DNA of 63,804 nt, the filler included, from Dimorphilus gyrociliatus (lineage: Eukaryota; Animalia; Annelida), in NCBI GenBank assembly GCA_904063045.1. It is 4 parts of 4 records of this genome, joined end to end, with 100 filler letters (N's around TTAATTAATTAA, not from the genome) between each part and the next. Parts side by side here need not be neighbours in the genome. Positions count along the whole stretch, not along the records: positions 56,933 to 63,804 come from CAJFCJ010000309.1; 3 more parts are not named here. One strand, given 5' to 3'. The translations under genes and the position numbers were made by a program. The notes below the pieces were generated by a model. That model made no database searches. It was given only the letters and a program-made list of their open reading frames with translations, and was not told the origin of the DNA. Positions 61,204-63,804 of this stretch are shown piece by piece. How positions within the stretch are numbered: position 1 is the stretch's first letter; each line of letters starts with the position of its first letter.

Positions 61204-61818
61204 TTAGAGTGCGGCAATATCTAGTGAAATGTTGACCATCTTTTTCGCGTCGCCTCGCTCTTTAAAGCGAATGTAAGGCTTGGTGGACGCGACTAAAATG
61301 GAATCGGCAATGGCTTTCATCGCTTCTTGCCAACGGCTATCGGCGATGTTGATGCGGCGCAAAGACAAAATACGCCCTGTATTGAGGTTGCCCTCTTTGT
61401 CTATTTCAAAAGCGTCGGTGACGACGGCTTTCAGGTTAGCGTTGGCCCCTTCTGACCATTCATGCAGGCACTCATCAATGATGTCTTTTGCTACCTGCAA
61501 TTCTGGGCCAAAGACAATCGAACTTTGGACGCTGATTTGTACTTGCTGCGTACCGTCGTAACTTGAAAAGGTCACGTTGCCTTTTTCGCCCCCTAGCTTG
61601 CGCTGATACTTTTCTGCCAGTAAGTCTAAAAAGGCATGGCAATCACCAAATGCGGCGGCTTTAAAATCGCGTAATTGCTCTTGCACGGTTTTGGCTTTGG
61701 CAACGGTGCCAAGGACAAATTCATGCATTTCTAAGTCGTGGGCGGATACTTGGCTTTCTGGCACCATGCGACCTTTACGGTCGAGCAAGTAACCTGGGGG
61801 TACTGCGATATCTGTCAT
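61204..61818 (-). CDS. DUF3164 family Mu-like phage protein
   Basis: GY..D.KGR.VP...V, KGNVT..SYDG...V, I.FGPELQ.AK..IDECL..W, W..AM.AI.DS, YIRF.ER. Confidence 0.8.
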   Translation of the reverse strand: MTDIAVPPGYLLDRKGRMVPESQVSAHDLEMHEFVLGTVAKAKTVQEQLRDFKAAAFGDCHAFLDLLAEKYQRKLGGEKGNVTFSSYDGTQQVQISVQSSIVFGPELQVAKDIIDECLHEWSEGANANLKAVVTDAFEIDKEGNLNTGRILSLRRINIADSRWQEAMKAIADSILVASTKPYIRFKERGDAKKMVNISLDIAAL

Positions 61819-62051
61819 TGTGTTTGCTCCTTCCAGTTGACGGTGCAGCCATCCACTTGCAGGCTGTATACCGTCGAACTTATCCCTTGAACATTCTGTT
61901 TAATTTCAATGGCGCTGCCCGCCATTTCTAGCGTGGGTTGTTCTATGTTAATTAATACGCCTCGCGGTGTTTTGGTTGCGGTGACGACATTGCATCCAAG
62001 CTGGCGAAGCTTTTTCATTACGTTTGATGCGCGTTGTTCTAATGACTTCAT
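61815..62051 (-). CDS. Hypothetical phage protein
   Basis: RBS-led ORF overlapping the next gene by 4 bp; C-terminal GC.V.W motif typical of Mu-like small proteins. Confidence 0.6.
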   Translation of the reverse strand: MKSLEQRASNVMKKLRQLGCNVVTATKTPRGVLINIEQPTLEMAGSAIEIKQNVQGISSTVYSLQVDGCTVNWKEQTQ

Positions 62052-62114
62052 GGTTCACCCTTTTGTCTTCTTTCAGTGTCCCACCTTTAGTGGGACTATC
62101 CCGATTGAAGGCGA

Positions 62115-62642
62115 TCATTGTTTGTTGGCTTGATATCTCGACTTCCAAAGCAGTTGGTTGTACTTCGCCGCGAGCTTAACTAGCTCACTTTGAAGCAACT
62201 CGTTTAGGCGCGGTTCGTTGCCTTTGGCTTCTCGTATCAGAAACGCCAATTGCTTATCAATGTTGTAGATTTCTGCTTCATCAGAAACCACATTGATGGC
62301 CTTTGCTTTGGTGGTCTGCTCTAGGCTCGAATGGGGACACCCCGCACGACAGGCTTTGTATAGCCTGACCCGCTCTCGGTTCGAGGATGAAAAAGGTCTT
62401 TGTTGGTTTTCAGCACATTCGTTGACCAGTAGCTGCCCTTTCACCGGACACATAACGGTTTTGGTCATGTACATGCCTTCCACCTTGACCCGAATATCAT
62501 CGACGGAGCCTGGGTAAACCCCTCGCAGCGTTTGACTGAGCTTTGAGGTGCTAATCCCCAACTGCTTCGCCACTTTGCTTTGTGAGTTACCTGGCTTGTC
62601 TATTTCTGCCTTTAGTGCTTGTAGCCATGATGCTTCAGTCAT
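62115..62642 (-). CDS. XRE-type HTH protein with a Cys-rich segment
   Basis: SQSKVAKQLGISTSKLSQ.L.G.YPG; CPV.G....C......C..GCPHS. Confidence 0.7.
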   Translation of the reverse strand: MTEASWLQALKAEIDKPGNSQSKVAKQLGISTSKLSQTLRGVYPGSVDDIRVKVEGMYMTKTVMCPVKGQLLVNECAENQQRPFSSSNRERVRLYKACRAGCPHSSLEQTTKAKAINVVSDEAEIYNIDKQLAFLIREAKGNEPRLNELLQSELVKLAAKYNQLLWKSRYQANKQ

Positions 62643-63166
62643 TGTTGTTCCTCCCTAAAGGGGTAGAAACGCTCTTTGATCATCACTCCATCTTCTATGA
62701 CTTCTGGGCATTCAACGCGATACGTTCCGTTCAACCTGTAGACCAAGCCGTGTGGTGTTTCGCAGCGACGAACTATCTTTGCCTTTATCAGAGGTCTTAA
62801 GAAGTTATTGCCTGTAGAGAGTGCGGCTGATGCGGTGGAGCATAAGTCGTGTAAGGAAAACACTTTTAATACTCGGCACGAATTCCACAGGCGCTGTTTG
62901 ACCTTCAAGCGTTTTGCACCCTTCTTTCTGGCGAGCCGATTTGGATTGACGACTGAGCTTTTGGCGACCAGCTTGTAACGGCTGGTCAGCATGGTGTCTC
63001 GTTCGTCGACCATTTGTATCTTGCCCAAATCGCAAAGCGACTTGAGCAGATATCGGGTTCGCTGATTGTTGAGTTCAACTGCCTGCATTATTTGCACTCC
63101 GGTGAATTCATCCTGTCCGAATTGCGCTATGTACGACCAAGCAAGCTGTCGTTTTGTCATATTCAC
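62639..63166 (-). CDS. Hypothetical phage protein, probably tandem winged-helix
   Basis: Operon position; QRLWNSCRVLKVF...L...A pattern. Confidence 0.6.
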   Translation of the reverse strand: MNMTKRQLAWSYIAQFGQDEFTGVQIMQAVELNNQRTRYLLKSLCDLGKIQMVDERDTMLTSRYKLVAKSSVVNPNRLARKKGAKRLKVKQRLWNSCRVLKVFSLHDLCSTASAALSTGNNFLRPLIKAKIVRRCETPHGLVYRLNGTYRVECPEVIEDGVMIKERFYPFREEQQ

Positions 63167-63168
63167 CT

Positions 63169-63804
63169 CTATGAGCGCATTCCGTGAAATGGTTGGTCAC
63201 CCCAATGGTCAAGGGTGATGAGATCGAGGTCGTTGGCGATGGCTAACGATTCAATCTTCTGCAAACCGATAGTAATTCGGCGCAGCTCCCCTCCTGTGGC
63301 TACACGAAGATGATCAAGTAATTCGTCGTCGATTTTGATGCCATCTTCAAGTAGGTATTCGGCCATGGTGTGTACGTCGTCGCTGTCTGCGGGTTTGAAT
63401 TCGACCCATTCTGAGATTCGGTTGTAAAACTGTTTATGGGTGCTAATTCGGCGAGCTATTTGGTCCATGCCTATCAAGATGATGGGCACTTCTGTACCGT
63501 CATAGAGATCACGAATGGTCTCTAGCATGCGTTTGTCTTGCATGAGGTAATCGGCTTCATCGATAAACAATGGGCGTTCGTCCATGCTCATTTTCTCGAT
63601 GATAAAATCGACGTTTTTGTTGATGCGGTGCATAGGCTGCGAGCCTAGCTCTTCAACAATGCGGTGAAGTAAGCTGCTGGTTGAGTCATGTGCGCGAGCG
63701 CTAACGTAAATACCGTTCACTTGGTTGTAAAGGTAGGTGATGGCGGTGGTTTTACCGTAGCCACTAAGACCATGTACTAATCCAACTAAGGGAACGCCAT
63801 AGGC
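63169..63804 (-). CDS. MuB-like transposition AAA+ ATPase (5' end beyond the window)
   Basis: The frame stays open upstream of the listed GTG and contains Walker A GLSGYGKT; Walker B LFIDEAD, IILIG and R-finger region follow. Confidence 0.85.
   Translation of the reverse strand, partial: AYGVPLVGLVHGLSGYGKTTAITYLYNQVNGIYVSARAHDSTSSLLHRIVEELGSQPMHRINKNVDFIIEKMSMDERPLFIDEADYLMQDKRMLETIRDLYDGTEVPIILIGMDQIARRISTHKQFYNRISEWVEFKPADSDDVHTMAEYLLEDGIKIDDELLDHLRVATGGELRRITIGLQKIESLAIANDLDLITLDHWGDQPFHGMRS

Larger units (their letters stand above)
56933..63804 (-). mobile_element. Mu-like transposable (pro)phage fragment from a gammaproteobacterium (early/middle region)
   Basis: Intronless, overlapping, RBS-led genes in Mu-like order: B-like ATPase, HTH proteins, DUF3164, ANR, GemA, accessory genes, Mor. 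Visibly higher GC than the other contigs. Confidence 0.9.

Overview
The window is an artificial concatenation of four contigs, joined by identical 100-bp spacers (44 N + TTAATTAATTAA + 44 N) at 20837-20936, 42575-42674 and 56833-56932. Adjacency across the spacers has no biological meaning. (1) 1-20836 is a head-to-tail array of about 4.4 near-identical ~4.73-kb Penelope-like retroelements (PLE). Each unit has three ORFs (helical ORF1, RT + GIY-YIG ORF2, coiled-coil ORF3) and a TATA box / minimal hammerhead ribozyme / AATAAA module. Copies differ almost only by homopolymer indels that look like long-read errors. (2) 20937-42574 and (3) 42675-56832 are AT-rich invertebrate genomic DNA with short GT-AG introns. 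They hold intron-containing PHD-FLYWCH-MULE transposases, a DEG/ENaC gene with a ~500-aa insertion, and a two-exon cationic Cys-rich prepropeptide (candidate antimicrobial peptide or toxin). They also hold GRL101-like LDLa-LRR-7TM receptors whose downstream exons encode a kinase-like tail, a mariner, a TAACCC-bearing MITE family and a PhyH dioxygenase fragment. (4) 56933-63804 is the early/middle region of a gammaproteobacterial Mu-like (pro)phage, carrying a Septu-like ATPase + HNH cassette between gemA and mor. Best leads: the three-ORF PLE array with its endonuclease apparently nested in the RT C-terminal linker, the spliced cationic peptide precursor, and the LGR-pseudokinase fusion. All homology calls are by eye from motifs; no database search was run.
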